The notes: generated by a model not told the origin, from the letters alone. 64,000 nucleotides of DNA from Roseiarcus sp. (GCA_036488815.1 DASXGX010000040.1:50447-114446); one strand, 5' to 3'. Positions 1-9,519 are shown, counted from the stretch's first letter. Translations and numbers: made by a program.

Positions 1-1
1 T

Positions 2-601
2 CTCGGCAAGCGACGCCTCGAGCAGGCGATCGCGCAGACCGAGGGGCCGATTACAGTGCGCTGGCGGCCCTACCAGCTCGATCCGACCATCCCGGAGGGC
101 GGACTCGACCGGCGGGCCTATATGAAGAACAAGTTCGGCGACGACGCCCGTCTCGCGGCGATCCACGACCGCTTGACCGCGCTTGGCGAGGACGTGGGCA
201 TCACCTATAATTTCAACGCAATATCTCGCTCGCCTAACACATTGGACGCACACCGGCTCATCCGCTGGGCCGCCGGGGCGCAGGTGCAGGACAAAGTCGT
301 CGAACGCCTGTTCCATCTCTACTTCGTGGAGGGCCGGGACATCAGCGAGCGAGCGCAGCTCGTCGAAGTCGCGCGCGAAAGCGGCATGGACGGCGACATC
401 GTCGCAGCCTTGCTCGCCGAAGGCCGGGACGCCGAGGCCGTGCAGCAGGAAATTGCTCAGGCGCAGTCGATCGGCGTCACTGGGGTGCCGTTTTTCATCT
501 TCGCCTCGCGCTTGGGGGTGCCGGGCGCTCAGGACACGGACGTGCTGGCGCAGGCGATTGCCCAGGCGCGCGCCGGCCTCTCTGGCGTCGAAGTCGCTTG
601 A
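2..601 (+). CDS. DsbA/FrnE-family oxidoreductase (5' truncated by window edge)
   Basis: Frame is open from position 2 (LGKRRLEQAIA...VRWRPYQLDP). Contains SPNTLDAHRL and GVTGVPFFIF, typical of FrnE-like DsbA proteins. Confidence 0.85.
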   Translation, partial: LGKRRLEQAIAQTEGPITVRWRPYQLDPTIPEGGLDRRAYMKNKFGDDARLAAIHDRLTALGEDVGITYNFNAISRSPNTLDAHRLIRWAAGAQVQDKVVERLFHLYFVEGRDISERAQLVEVARESGMDGDIVAALLAEGRDAEAVQQEIAQAQSIGVTGVPFFIFASRLGVPGAQDTDVLAQAIAQARAGLSGVEVA

Positions 602-608
602 TTCAGGA

Positions 609-2003
609 TCACGCCGCCTCGGCGAGCGCGGCAAGCATGTCGGCCGGCAATTGCACGGGCGGCGCGAGATCCTCGGTGAGCGTCAGCCAGCCAAACGGCT
701 CGACCGCGGGCGCGCAATCGTCCAGCGCGGCGGTCGCCGCGTCGATCAGCAGCGGCGCGCAATCGTCGCCGCGTTCGGCGGTCTGCAAGGGAGTTTCGAC
801 CGGCGGCGCGACGCAGTCCTCCAGCGCGGCGGCCACCGCGTCGATCAGCAGAGGCGCGTAGTCCGACGGCCCTGTGATCGCGAGCGGCTTCGTCGATTCG
901 ATGAGCGCGGCTTTCTCCGCGAAGGAGCGAGCGCTTTGACGCGCGGCCTCCACCGCCAGGCGCGCCAGGAGAGCGCGGAGCGGCGCGGCGGCCGGATCGG
1001 CGCCGCAGGCTTGCATCGCTCGCTCGGCCAAGGCGAGCGAGAGCGTCTCGCCGGCGCCAGGTCCCGCGAAGTCGAGCGCGGCCCGGAAGGCTGGCAGGAA
1101 CGCCAGGGGAAGCCCCGCCTTCGCGTAAAGCGCCGCAAAGCCGTGGCTCGCAGGGCTGCGCGCGAAGGCGGCGACCCGCGGCCGTGGCATATCCGTGAGT
1201 TCGACCATCGCCTGAACGAAGAGGTCGCGCTCGCCGCACAGCACCGAGCGCATCAGCACAGCCACCGTGAGCGCACCGCTGGTCCGCATCCGTCGCACGA
1301 GATCGTCGAGGTCGCCGCTTTCGATCCCACGCGCAATCTCGACCGTCACCTGCTCGCGCGTCTCGCGTGCGATCCGCTCGGCGCGCGGCTCGCTCAGCCA
1401 GCCGCAACGCGCGACGAACTTCGCCAACGTGCGCGCCGTTGTCGCCGCCAGCTCGTTGCGCAGCGCCGGCGGAAGCCATGCGCGCGCCAACAAGGCTTCA
1501 CGCAGTTCCGCATCCTCGCCGAAACGTTCGAAGATCCGCCACAGCGAGCCGGCGGACAGAGCCGCCTCGAGATTATCCACAAGCGCGAGAACCGCATCCC
1601 GCGCGCCAATCTCGGCGAGGGCCGCCGCCACGCCGGCGCCGAGGCGAGGACGCGCAGCGATGGCCGCTTGCGCGATCGCGTCGCCCATCGCCGCGCAATC
1701 CACGAGTTCGGCGTCGGCAAGCGCGGGGGAACGGCACAAGATGACGCTCGCGACCTCGGACTGGTCGCAGGCGAGCGCGAGCACGATGTGGCGCGGCGCC
1801 TCGGCGGCGCTCGCCAGCGCCTCGGCCAAGGCGCGACGCACCATCGCGGAAGGGTCGTCGAGCAGCGCGGTCAGGCCCAGCGCAGCCTCCGCCCGCGCCT
1901 CCGCGGTCAGATCGGAATAGAGATAGGCCCGCGCGAGCGCGCTCGCCGCGTCGGCGCGGCATTCGGCGTCAGCCCGTTGCGTCCAGGCGAGAAATCGTCG
2001 CAC
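609..2003 (-). CDS. DUF2336 domain-containing protein
   Basis: VRRFLAW...RADAASALARAYLYSDL...LLDDPSAMVRRALAEAL...SPALADAELVD matches the alphaproteobacterial DUF2336 family. Start placed at GTG 2003; the upstream part of the called ORF is antisense to the MaoC gene. Confidence 0.8.
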   Translation of the reverse strand: MRRFLAWTQRADAECRADAASALARAYLYSDLTAEARAEAALGLTALLDDPSAMVRRALAEALASAAEAPRHIVLALACDQSEVASVILCRSPALADAELVDCAAMGDAIAQAAIAARPRLGAGVAAALAEIGARDAVLALVDNLEAALSAGSLWRIFERFGEDAELREALLARAWLPPALRNELAATTARTLAKFVARCGWLSEPRAERIARETREQVTVEIARGIESGDLDDLVRRMRTSGALTVAVLMRSVLCGERDLFVQAMVELTDMPRPRVAAFARSPASHGFAALYAKAGLPLAFLPAFRAALDFAGPGAGETLSLALAERAMQACGADPAAAPLRALLARLAVEAARQSARSFAEKAALIESTKPLAITGPSDYAPLLIDAVAAALEDCVAPPVETPLQTAERGDDCAPLLIDAATAALDDCAPAVEPFGWLTLTEDLAPPVQLPADMLAALAEAA

Positions 2004-2128
2004 AATGCCATGACGATCAGCCGGTTCGGCCGGCTGGCGATCGGCGATGGCTTCGATCTCTCTCACGTCCTGCTCCGGAGCGACCAAGCGGGGATTCTGG
2101 GCACGATCCATTGATCGCCGATTTACGG

Positions 2129-2144
2129 TAAACGCCCGCTTAAC
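2129..2144 (+). promoter_or_regulatory. Possible CtrA box upstream of the DUF2336 gene
   Basis: TAAA-CGCCCGC-TTAAC, one mismatch from TTAA-N7-TTAAC. Confidence 0.35.
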
Positions 2145-2165
2145 AGCGCCTCCCAGAGGTTTACG

Positions 2166-2666
2166 ATGAGCTATTCCGAAAGCGCCCATCCGCGTGGCGG
2201 GCTTTACTTTGAAGATTTCGCGGTCGGCCGGCTCTTCCGGCACCGCCTGACGCGCACTGTGACGCAGATGGACAACATGCTGTTCTCCAACATGACGCTC
2301 AATCCGCAGCCCCTGCATATCGACGCCCATTTTTGCGCCACCGAAACCGAATGGGGCCGCCCCCTGATGAATTCCCTGTTCACCCTCGGCCTCATGATCG
2401 GAATTTCCGTCAACGACACCACGCTCGGCACGACGATCGCCAATCTCGGCATGACCGACGTCAAATTCCCCGCCCCGCTCTTCGAGGGCGACACGGTGAA
2501 CGCAACCAGCGAAGTCATCGCCGCCCGCGCCTCGAAGTCGCGCCCCGACGCGGGCCTCGTCGAATTCCTTCACCGCGCCTTCAAGCAGGATGGAACCCTC
2601 GTCGCGGAGTGCAAGCGCACCGCCTTCATGCGGCGCCGGCCCGGCGCCTATACGGTCTCGGTCTAG
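2166..2666 (+). CDS. MaoC-family (hot-dog fold) acyl-CoA dehydratase
   Basis: GLYFEDF...RTVTQMDNMLFSNMTLNPQPLHID...TIANLGMTDVKFPAPLFEGDT. Confidence 0.85.
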   Translation: MSYSESAHPRGGLYFEDFAVGRLFRHRLTRTVTQMDNMLFSNMTLNPQPLHIDAHFCATETEWGRPLMNSLFTLGLMIGISVNDTTLGTTIANLGMTDVKFPAPLFEGDTVNATSEVIAARASKSRPDAGLVEFLHRAFKQDGTLVAECKRTAFMRRRPGAYTVSV

Positions 2667-2670
2667 TCGC

Positions 2671-3543
2671 ATGCGCTCTTTGCTGTTCGTTCCCGGCGAC
2701 GACGAGAAGAAGCTCGCCAAGGCGCTGACGAGCGAGGCCGACGCCCTGATCGTCGATCTCGAAGATTCCGTCGCCTTCGCCGCCAAACAGGCGGCGCGCC
2801 ACACCGCCGCCGCCTTCTTGAGCGAGGCGCGCAGCCTCATGCCTCGGCCGCGCCTCTACGTGCGCGTAAACCCGCTCGACGGCGGCCTCACCGACGAGGA
2901 TCTCGATGCGGTGATGCGAAGCCAGCCCGACGCGATCATGCTGCCGAAATGCCTCGACGGGGCGGCGGTTCAGCAACTCGGCGCGAAACTCGCAGTCCGC
3001 GAAGCGGAGTTGGAGTTGCCGGACGGCGGGACGCGCATTCTCGCTATCGCCACCGAGACGGCGCAAGCGCTGTTCGGATTTGCAAGCTATCGCGGATGCA
3101 GCCGCCGGCTTGAAGGGCTCGCGTGGGGCGGCGAGGACCTGAGCGCGGACCTCGGCGCCGAGACCAACCGGCTGCCCGACGGCGCCTTCGCCCCGCCCTA
3201 CGTTCTCGCGCGGACCCTGACCCTCGTCGGGGCGGCGGCCGCGGGCGTTCAGCCGATCGACACCGTCTACACGAATTTCCGCGACGCCGCCGGGCTGCGC
3301 CAAGAGGCGCTCGCGGCGCGACGGGATGGGTTCACGGCCAAGATGGCGATCCATCCGGCGCAGGTTCCCGTCATCAATGAGGTGTTCACGCCGTCGCCAG
3401 AAGCCGTCGCCCATGCGCGAGCGGTGATGGCCGCGTTCGAGGCCAAACCCGGCGCTGGTGTCGTGTCGCTCGAGGGCCAGATGCTGGACCTGCCGCATCT
3501 GACTCGCGCCAAGAAGGTTCTGGCCCGAGCCGGCCTCATCTGA
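2671..3543 (+). CDS. CitE-like CoA-ester lyase (HpcH/HpaI aldolase/citrate lyase family)
   Basis: MRSLLFVPGD, DLEDSV, YVRVN, GGEDLSAD, GFTAKMAIHPAQ, GQMLDLPH. Confidence 0.85.
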   Translation: MRSLLFVPGDDEKKLAKALTSEADALIVDLEDSVAFAAKQAARHTAAAFLSEARSLMPRPRLYVRVNPLDGGLTDEDLDAVMRSQPDAIMLPKCLDGAAVQQLGAKLAVREAELELPDGGTRILAIATETAQALFGFASYRGCSRRLEGLAWGGEDLSADLGAETNRLPDGAFAPPYVLARTLTLVGAAAAGVQPIDTVYTNFRDAAGLRQEALAARRDGFTAKMAIHPAQVPVINEVFTPSPEAVAHARAVMAAFEAKPGAGVVSLEGQMLDLPHLTRAKKVLARAGLI

Positions 3544-3577
3544 CGCCCGCGGAGCCGTGGTCACTGACCCAGACAAG

Positions 3578-3608
3578 GAAACAGCGGGGCATTCAGCCCC
3601 GCTGTTTC
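3578..3608. terminator. Hairpin between convergent genes, probable terminator
   Basis: Perfect 13-bp stem GAAACAGCGGGGC-attca-GCCCCGCTGTTTC. Confidence 0.6.
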
Positions 3609-3644
3609 GCAATTCCTCTGCCCGGAAGTGGCGAGGCGCAGCTT

Positions 3645-3938
3645 TTAAAACGTAGGCCGCACTGCGAAGCCCGCCGCCTCGCCCTCGCCGCTGGCGCCTT
3701 CCTCGACCCGCAAGGCATGAACCGCCGCGCCCGGCGGCCCCTGCCGCAATTTCTCAAGCATCAGGTCGATGTCCGCCGCGGCGCCGCAGACGAGCGCTTC
3801 GACTGCGCCGTCGCGCCGATTCCGCACCCAACCGGAAATGTTGAGCCGCATCGCCCATCGCCTGGTGAACTCCCGATAGCCGACACCCTGGACGACGCCC
3901 TCCGCAACCACGCGGCGGGCGACCGCGCATTCCTTCAT
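3645..3938 (-). CDS. acyP: Acylphosphatase
   Basis: GVVQGVGYR and GWVRNRRDGAVE signature motifs. Confidence 0.9.
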   Translation of the reverse strand: MKECAVARRVVAEGVVQGVGYREFTRRWAMRLNISGWVRNRRDGAVEALVCGAAADIDLMLEKLRQGPPGAAVHALRVEEGASGEGEAAGFAVRPTF

Positions 3939-4071
3939 TGGCGCTCTCCTGCTTGCCGCCTCTCACGAATATTCTACCCTGCATCAATTGACAGCGGCGA
4001 GGCCGGACCGCCACTTAACCGCCCATAGAGACGGGGTCCAAAGCGGGTTGGGCCGCCGCCAGGAGAGGCAC

Positions 4072-4743
4072 ATGCTGAAGTTCTATTTCAACGCATCCCC
4101 CAATCCCACGAAAGTCGCACTGTTTCTCGAGGAATCCGGGCTTCCGTACGAGGCCATTGCCGTCGACACGCGCGCCGGCCAGCAGTTCGCGCCGGATTTC
4201 TTGAAAATCAATCCGAACGGCAAGGTGCCGGCGATCGTCGACGGCGCGACGACGATGTTCGACAGCAACGCCATCCTGCTCTATCTGGCAGAGAAGGCCG
4301 GCAAGTTCCTGCCCAGGCCGGACGCGCGCGCCGAAATGTTGTCGTGGCTGATGTTCGTCGCCAGCGGCGTCGGCCCCTATACGGGCCAGGCGGTCCACTT
4401 CAAGCACTTCGCGGCGGAGAAGATCCCCTATGCCACCGACCGCTACCTCTTCGAGGCGCGCCGGCACTTCCATGTTCTGGACGAGCGGCTCTCGCATCGG
4501 CGCTACGTCGTCGGCGACACGTACACGATCGTCGACATGGACGTCTGGGGCTGGGCGCGCATGATCCCGTTCGTGCTCGGCGACGACGCCTGGGCAAGCT
4601 TGCCGCACCTCAAGCGTCTGCACGACGAGATCGACGAGCGTCCGGCGGCCGCCCGGGCAAAGGGTCTGAAGGATCGTTATCCCTTCAAGGCCGAACTGGA
4701 CGCCGAGGCACGGCGTTACCTTTTCAAGCACACCACCGCCTGA
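4072..4743 (+). CDS. Glutathione S-transferase, YfcG/YghU-like
   Basis: SPNPTKV, INPNGKVPAI, FDSNAILLYLAEK; AGGAGAG RBS before ATG 4072. Confidence 0.9.
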   Translation: MLKFYFNASPNPTKVALFLEESGLPYEAIAVDTRAGQQFAPDFLKINPNGKVPAIVDGATTMFDSNAILLYLAEKAGKFLPRPDARAEMLSWLMFVASGVGPYTGQAVHFKHFAAEKIPYATDRYLFEARRHFHVLDERLSHRRYVVGDTYTIVDMDVWGWARMIPFVLGDDAWASLPHLKRLHDEIDERPAAARAKGLKDRYPFKAELDAEARRYLFKHTTA

Positions 4744-4824
4744 GGGAGCCCTCGAACAGGCGGCTTTCGCCTTCGACAGACTGTGCTTGCGCATTTTACG
4801 TGTGGAAGCACATTTGATTCCCGT

Positions 4825-4842
4825 CTGTCATCCCGCCGACAT
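4825..4842 (+). promoter_or_regulatory. Putative Pho box (PhoB site)
   Basis: CTGTCAT-cccg-CCGACAT: one perfect and one 5/7 heptamer at 11-bp spacing, about 50 nt upstream of the plcP-like start. Confidence 0.6.
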
Positions 4843-4893
4843 GAGAATCTGTGCAAGGAGAGCGCCAACGGGCTGTTAACGACCGAGGCTCCC

Positions 4894-5727
4894 TTGGCCA
4901 AGACCGAAGACTCGATCCGACGCTATCGCACCATCTTCATCTCCGACCTGCATTTGGGGACGCGTGGCTGCCAAGCCGAATTGGTGCTCGATTTCCTTCG
5001 CCACACCGACGCGGACACGATCTTCCTCGTCGGCGACATCATCGACGGCTGGCGCCTTCGCTCGGGCTGGTACTGGCCGCAGGCGCACAACGACGTCATT
5101 CAGAAGCTGCTGCGCAAGGTGCGGCACGGCGCGCGCATGATCTTCGTGCCGGGCAATCATGACGAATTCGCGCGCCAGTTCATCGGCCTGACCTTCGGCG
5201 GCATCGAGATCGTGCGCAACACGACGCATGTCGCGGCCGACGGCAAGACCTACCTCGTCATGCATGGCGACGAATTCGACGTCGTCGTCCGCCATTCCAA
5301 GTGGCTCGCGCATTTCGGCGATTGGGCCTACGACGCCGCGCTGTTCGTCAACACCCGCTTCAACGCGATCCGCCGGCTGTTCGGCTTCGGCTATTGGTCG
5401 TTTTCGGCCTGGGCGAAGCTCAAGGTGAAGAACGCCGTCAACTTCATCGGCTCCTTCGAGAGCGAACTGGCGGCGGAGGCCAAGCGACGCGGCGCCGACG
5501 GCGTCGTGTGCGGCCATATCCACCACCCGACGATTCGCGAACTCAATGGCGTGACCTACGTGAACACCGGCGATTTCGTCGAATCCTGCTCGCTCGTCGT
5601 CGAGCATTTCGACGGCCGGTTCGAGGTTCTCTTCTGGTCGAAGCCCTTTGCGCAGCGCCCGCGCGAGCTCGCCGCGGCCACCGTCGCGGCGCCGATCCAA
5701 CAGCCGGCGGAGGCGGAAGCCGCTTGA
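4894..5727 (+). CDS. Calcineurin-like metallophosphoesterase, PlcP/LpxH-like (probable phospholipase C)
   Basis: SDLHLG, GDIIDGW, PGNHD, HGDEFD, CGHIHHP motifs; overlaps the downstream GT4 gene by 1 nt. Confidence 0.8.
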   Translation: MAKTEDSIRRYRTIFISDLHLGTRGCQAELVLDFLRHTDADTIFLVGDIIDGWRLRSGWYWPQAHNDVIQKLLRKVRHGARMIFVPGNHDEFARQFIGLTFGGIEIVRNTTHVAADGKTYLVMHGDEFDVVVRHSKWLAHFGDWAYDAALFVNTRFNAIRRLFGFGYWSFSAWAKLKVKNAVNFIGSFESELAAEAKRRGADGVVCGHIHHPTIRELNGVTYVNTGDFVESCSLVVEHFDGRFEVLFWSKPFAQRPRELAAATVAAPIQQPAEAEAA

Positions 5728-6755
5728 TGCGCATCCTGGTCGCGACCGACGCCTGGCGCCCGCAAGTGAACGGCGTCGTGCACACGCTGGAGCGGATGTC
5801 CGCTGCGGCGCGCGACCTCGCGGAATTCATCTTTTTGACGCCACAAGGCTTCGCCTCCCTGCCGATGCCGACCTATCCCGACATCCGGCTCGCCATCGCG
5901 ACTCCGTGGGAAGTCGCGCGGCGGATTGAGGCCGCCGGCGCCGACCACATCCACATCGCGACTGAAGGGCCGATCGGCTGGGCGGCGCGGCGCTATTGCC
6001 GCAAGCGCGGCAAACTCTTCACGACGAGCTATCACACGCGCTTTCCCGAATATATCGCCGCCCGGACGCGCCTGCCCGAGGCGATCTCGTATGCCGCCCT
6101 GCGCCGCTTCCACGCGCCCGCGGCGGCGACTCTGGCGCCGACGACGTCGATCAAGAACGAGCTTACGCAGCGCGGGTTCGATCGCGTCAAGGTCTGGACG
6201 CGCGGCGTCGATCATGCGCTCTACCGCCCGCGAGCAGCCGATACGGTCGATCTGCCTCGCCCGATCTTTCTGTGCGTCGGACGCGTCGCGGTCGAAAAAA
6301 ATCTCGAAGCGCTGCTTGATTTGAATCTGCCCGGATCGGTCGTCATCGTCGGCGACGGGCCGGCGCGGCCGACGCTCGAGCGACGCTATCCGCATGCGCA
6401 TTTCCTCGGCGCCCTCTATGGCGAGGCGCTGGCGCGCGTCTACGCAGGCGCCGACGTGTTCGTCTTTCCCTCCAAGACCGACACCTTCGGCATCGTGCTG
6501 ATCGAGGCGTTGGCGAGCGGCTTGCCGGTCGCCGCCTTCCCGGTCTCCGGGCCGCTCGACGTGATCGGCGAAAGCGGGGCCGGCGTGCTCGACACCGATC
6601 TGCGCGCCGCGTGCCTGGCTGCGCTGGAAATCCCGCGCGAGCGCGCGCGCGAGCATTCGCTCCGATTCACGTGGCGGGAAAGCGCGCGCCAGTTCCTGCA
6701 CCACGTCGAAATGAGCCGCGGCGGCGCCGCTTCTCTGGTTTTGCAGACCGCCTGA
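5727..6755 (+). CDS. GT4 glycosyltransferase, Agt-like (glycosyl-diacylglycerol synthase candidate)
   Basis: MRILVATDAWRPQVNGVV, SYHTRFPEY, VGRVAVEKNL, DTFGIVLIEALASG. Confidence 0.8.
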   Translation: MRILVATDAWRPQVNGVVHTLERMSAAARDLAEFIFLTPQGFASLPMPTYPDIRLAIATPWEVARRIEAAGADHIHIATEGPIGWAARRYCRKRGKLFTTSYHTRFPEYIAARTRLPEAISYAALRRFHAPAAATLAPTTSIKNELTQRGFDRVKVWTRGVDHALYRPRAADTVDLPRPIFLCVGRVAVEKNLEALLDLNLPGSVVIVGDGPARPTLERRYPHAHFLGALYGEALARVYAGADVFVFPSKTDTFGIVLIEALASGLPVAAFPVSGPLDVIGESGAGVLDTDLRAACLAALEIPRERAREHSLRFTWRESARQFLHHVEMSRGGAASLVLQTA

Positions 6756-6795
6756 AACGCGCTTGTGATCGCGCAGGCGCGTTACCCCGCTTGAT

Positions 6796-6815
6796 TTGGA
6801 AACGAACGTTTTCTA
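6796..6815. promoter_or_regulatory. Putative TetR autoregulatory operator
   Basis: Imperfect palindrome TTGGAAACG-aa-CGTTTTCTA between -35-like TTGATT and -10-like CTATTT. Confidence 0.45.
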
Positions 6816-6825
6816 TTTGCGGGGC

Positions 6826-7446
6826 ATGACGCCAGCCGACCATAGCGCGCACGGCGCCCGTGGGCGCGGGCGCCCGCGGGAATTCGACCTCGACGCCGCG
6901 CTGGACGGCGCGATCGAGGTTTTCCGCGAGCGCGGCTACCACGCCACATCCATTCCTGATCTCGCCGCCGCGATGAACATCGCCGCGGGTAGTCTCTACA
7001 AGGCGTTCGGCGACAAGCACGCCGTGTATCTCGCCGCGCTCGAGCGTTATGCAAGCGGACACGCCGAGCGGCGGCGGCGGTTGGCCTCGCGCCCGGCGAC
7101 GGCCCGCGAGAGACTGCGCGACCTCCTCGCAGCCTATGTCCAGCTCTCAGGGGGCTTCGAGGGTCGGCGCGGCTGCCTGATGGTTGGCGGCGCGGTCGAA
7201 CTCGCCTCCCGCGATCCCGCGGTCGACGCGCGGGTGGCAAGCGAACTCCAGGCGGTCGAAGGATTTTTGGCCGATCTGATCGCGCAAGGTCACGGCGACG
7301 GCTCGATCCCTCGACATGTCGATCCGCAGGCGACCGCGCGCACGCTCATCTGTCTCCTTCAGGGAATGCGCGTCGTCGGCCGCACGCGGCTGCAGTCATC
7401 CTCGCCACTCGGCGTCGTCGACGTCGCCATGAAACTCGTGGCGTAA
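6826..7446 (+). CDS. TetR/AcrR-family regulator
   Basis: GRPREFD...FRERGYHATSIPDL...GSLYKAFGDK helix-turn-helix; GCLMV in the C-terminal domain. Confidence 0.9.
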   Translation: MTPADHSAHGARGRGRPREFDLDAALDGAIEVFRERGYHATSIPDLAAAMNIAAGSLYKAFGDKHAVYLAALERYASGHAERRRRLASRPATARERLRDLLAAYVQLSGGFEGRRGCLMVGGAVELASRDPAVDARVASELQAVEGFLADLIAQGHGDGSIPRHVDPQATARTLICLLQGMRVVGRTRLQSSSPLGVVDVAMKLVA

Positions 7447-7489
7447 CCCCCCGCCAAATGAATCCGACTGTTCCCCACGGAGAGACGTT

Positions 7490-8695
7490 TTGTCCCAACA
7501 GAAACTTGCGTACGCCGAACCTTCGCTCTCCGCGGGGCTGATGGCGCTTTTGGCCATCGGCAGCGGAATGATCGCGGCGAACATTTATTACGCCCAGCCG
7601 TTGATCGCGCCCATCAGTGCGAGCCTCGGCCTGCCGACGCAAGCCGCGGGGCTGATCGTCACGCTCATCCAAGTGGGTTACGGCGCGGGACTTCTGCTGA
7701 TTGCTCCTCTCGCCGACCTCGCCGAGAATCGCCGGCTGGTGCTCGCCTCGATGGCGCTCGCAACGGTCGGCCTGCTCGGCGCGGCGCTGTCGACGCAGGC
7801 GGCTCCGTTCTTGTTCTTCGCCCTGTGCATCGGGCTCGGCTCGGTGGCGGTGCAGGTGCTCATCCCGCTGGCGGGGCACTTGGCGCCCGCCGAGACGCGC
7901 GGACGCATCGTCGGCGACGTGACGACGGGGCTGATGCTCGGCATCATGCTGGCGCGGCCGGCCTCGAGCTTCATCGCCGCCGCCTCGTCGTGGCGGACCG
8001 TGTTTTTCGCCGCAACCGCAGGCATGGCGGCGCTCGCCATCGTGCTCGCGATCGCCTTGCCGCAGCGCCGGCCGAACGCACGTATGCATTACGGCTCGAT
8101 GCTCGCGTCGATGGTCCATCTGGCGCTGAAGACGCCCATCCTTCGCCAGCGCGCGCTTTATCACATGTTCCTTTTCGGCGCGTTCAGCCTGTTTTGGACC
8201 ACGACGCCTTTGCTGCTGGCGGGGCCTTTCCACCTCTCGCAGAACGGCATCGCGCTTTTCGCACTTGCCGGGGTTTCAGGGGCGATCGCCGCGCCGCTGA
8301 CGGGGAGGATCGCTGATCGCGGCCACAGCCGCCTGGCGACCGGGCTCGCCATAGCTACGGTGGCGGTCGCCTATCTCATCACGAATATCGCGCCTTCGGG
8401 CTCCAACCTGGCCTTGGGGCTGCTCGTCCTCGGCGCGATCCTGGTCGACTTCGGCGTGCAAGCCCACCTCGTGCTTGGCTATCGCGCAATCTATGGGCTC
8501 GACGCGGAAGCGCGCGGTCGCCTCAATGGGCTGTTCATGGCCAGTTTCTTCGTTGCCGGCGCGGTTGGATCGGCGCTCGGCGCCTGGGCCTACGAGCACG
8601 GCGGCTGGAGGTTGGCGAGCGGGTTCGGCCTCGCCTTCCCCACCCTCGCCCTCATCGCCTTCGCAATCGACGTGCGCAGCGCGAAGCGTTTCTAA
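7490..8695 (+). CDS. MFS transporter
   Basis: ANIYYAQPL, PLADLAENRR, GLMLGIMLARP; about 12 hydrophobic segments. Confidence 0.9.
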   Translation: MSQQKLAYAEPSLSAGLMALLAIGSGMIAANIYYAQPLIAPISASLGLPTQAAGLIVTLIQVGYGAGLLLIAPLADLAENRRLVLASMALATVGLLGAALSTQAAPFLFFALCIGLGSVAVQVLIPLAGHLAPAETRGRIVGDVTTGLMLGIMLARPASSFIAAASSWRTVFFAATAGMAALAIVLAIALPQRRPNARMHYGSMLASMVHLALKTPILRQRALYHMFLFGAFSLFWTTTPLLLAGPFHLSQNGIALFALAGVSGAIAAPLTGRIADRGHSRLATGLAIATVAVAYLITNIAPSGSNLALGLLVLGAILVDFGVQAHLVLGYRAIYGLDAEARGRLNGLFMASFFVAGAVGSALGAWAYEHGGWRLASGFGLAFPTLALIAFAIDVRSAKRF

Positions 8696-8718
8696 AAGCT
8701 GCGCTGAGCCTGTCCCGG

Positions 8719-9417
8719 TCAGGGCAGCGCTCCGCGCTCAGCGTCCATTTGGCGTTTCCACCGGGCTCTCAGCTCGGCGGGACGACGGCCATGGCTCTCG
8801 TCGAGGAATTCGGCGGCGACAATGCGGTCCGTCCTGAAGTGCCGGAACGCCTGGCGTAATTCGCACCACGCCGCCAGCAGGCGCACCGTCTCGGCATATC
8901 CGATGATCACCGGCCAGATGGCGCGCTCGCTGTCTTGCCCCTCTTTGTTTCGATAGCGGATCCGAATCTTGCGCCCGGTTCGAATCCATAAGCGGGTCTT
9001 GGCGATATCCAGTCCGTCCTGCGCCAATACATTGGCGGGCGGCGCGCCGATCGTGGGCTCGGCGATGAAGGGACGCAGGCGATCGGGCACGGCGGTTTCG
9101 ATTTTCGCCATCAGGTCGCGCGCCGCTCGAGCCAGCACGGGATCGCCCCGCTCGGCGACCCATTGCGCGCCCAAAACCGCGGCTTCGATCTCATCCGGCG
9201 TAAGCATCAGCGGCGGCATGTCGAAGCCTCGCTCGAGGACATAGCCCAGTCCCGCCTCGCCCTGGATCGGCACCCTCTGCGCCATCAAGTCTGCGATGTC
9301 GCGGTAAACCGACCGCTTCGAGACCTCCAGCTCCTCGGCGATCGCGCTGGCGGTGACCGGACGGGTCGTGCGCCGCAGGATCTGGATGATCTGAAACAGT
9401 CGATCGGCCCGGCGCAC
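8719..9417 (-). CDS. YafY-family HTH-WYL transcriptional regulator
   Basis: RRADRLFQIIQIL, LEVSKRSVYRDI, GLGY, LAAWCELRQAFRHFRTDRI. Confidence 0.9.
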   Translation of the reverse strand: MRRADRLFQIIQILRRTTRPVTASAIAEELEVSKRSVYRDIADLMAQRVPIQGEAGLGYVLERGFDMPPLMLTPDEIEAAVLGAQWVAERGDPVLARAARDLMAKIETAVPDRLRPFIAEPTIGAPPANVLAQDGLDIAKTRLWIRTGRKIRIRYRNKEGQDSERAIWPVIIGYAETVRLLAAWCELRQAFRHFRTDRIVAAEFLDESHGRRPAELRARWKRQMDAERGALP

Positions 9418-9427
9418 GGCGTCCTCC

Positions 9428-9449
9428 TGCTGACAACATGCTGTCAACA
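9428..9449. promoter_or_regulatory. Inverted repeat, probable operator of the WYL regulator
   Basis: TGcTGACA-acatgc-TGTCAaCA between divergent WYL and VOC genes. Confidence 0.6.
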
Positions 9450-9519
9450 GCCCTCCGTTACAAGCGGCGCACCGAGGCGCCGCACGTCACATGCGGAGCG
9501 GCTTTTTCAGGAGGATACG

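Noticed and set aside
183-2114. 643-aa plus-strand ORF, and the N-terminal extension of the DUF2336 ORF to 2840
   Set aside because: Arg-rich shadow frames overlapping real genes on the opposite strand.
4894-5727. Annotation as LpxH of lipid A synthesis
   Set aside because: The GT4 partner and Pho box favour PlcP, so no lpxH symbol was given.
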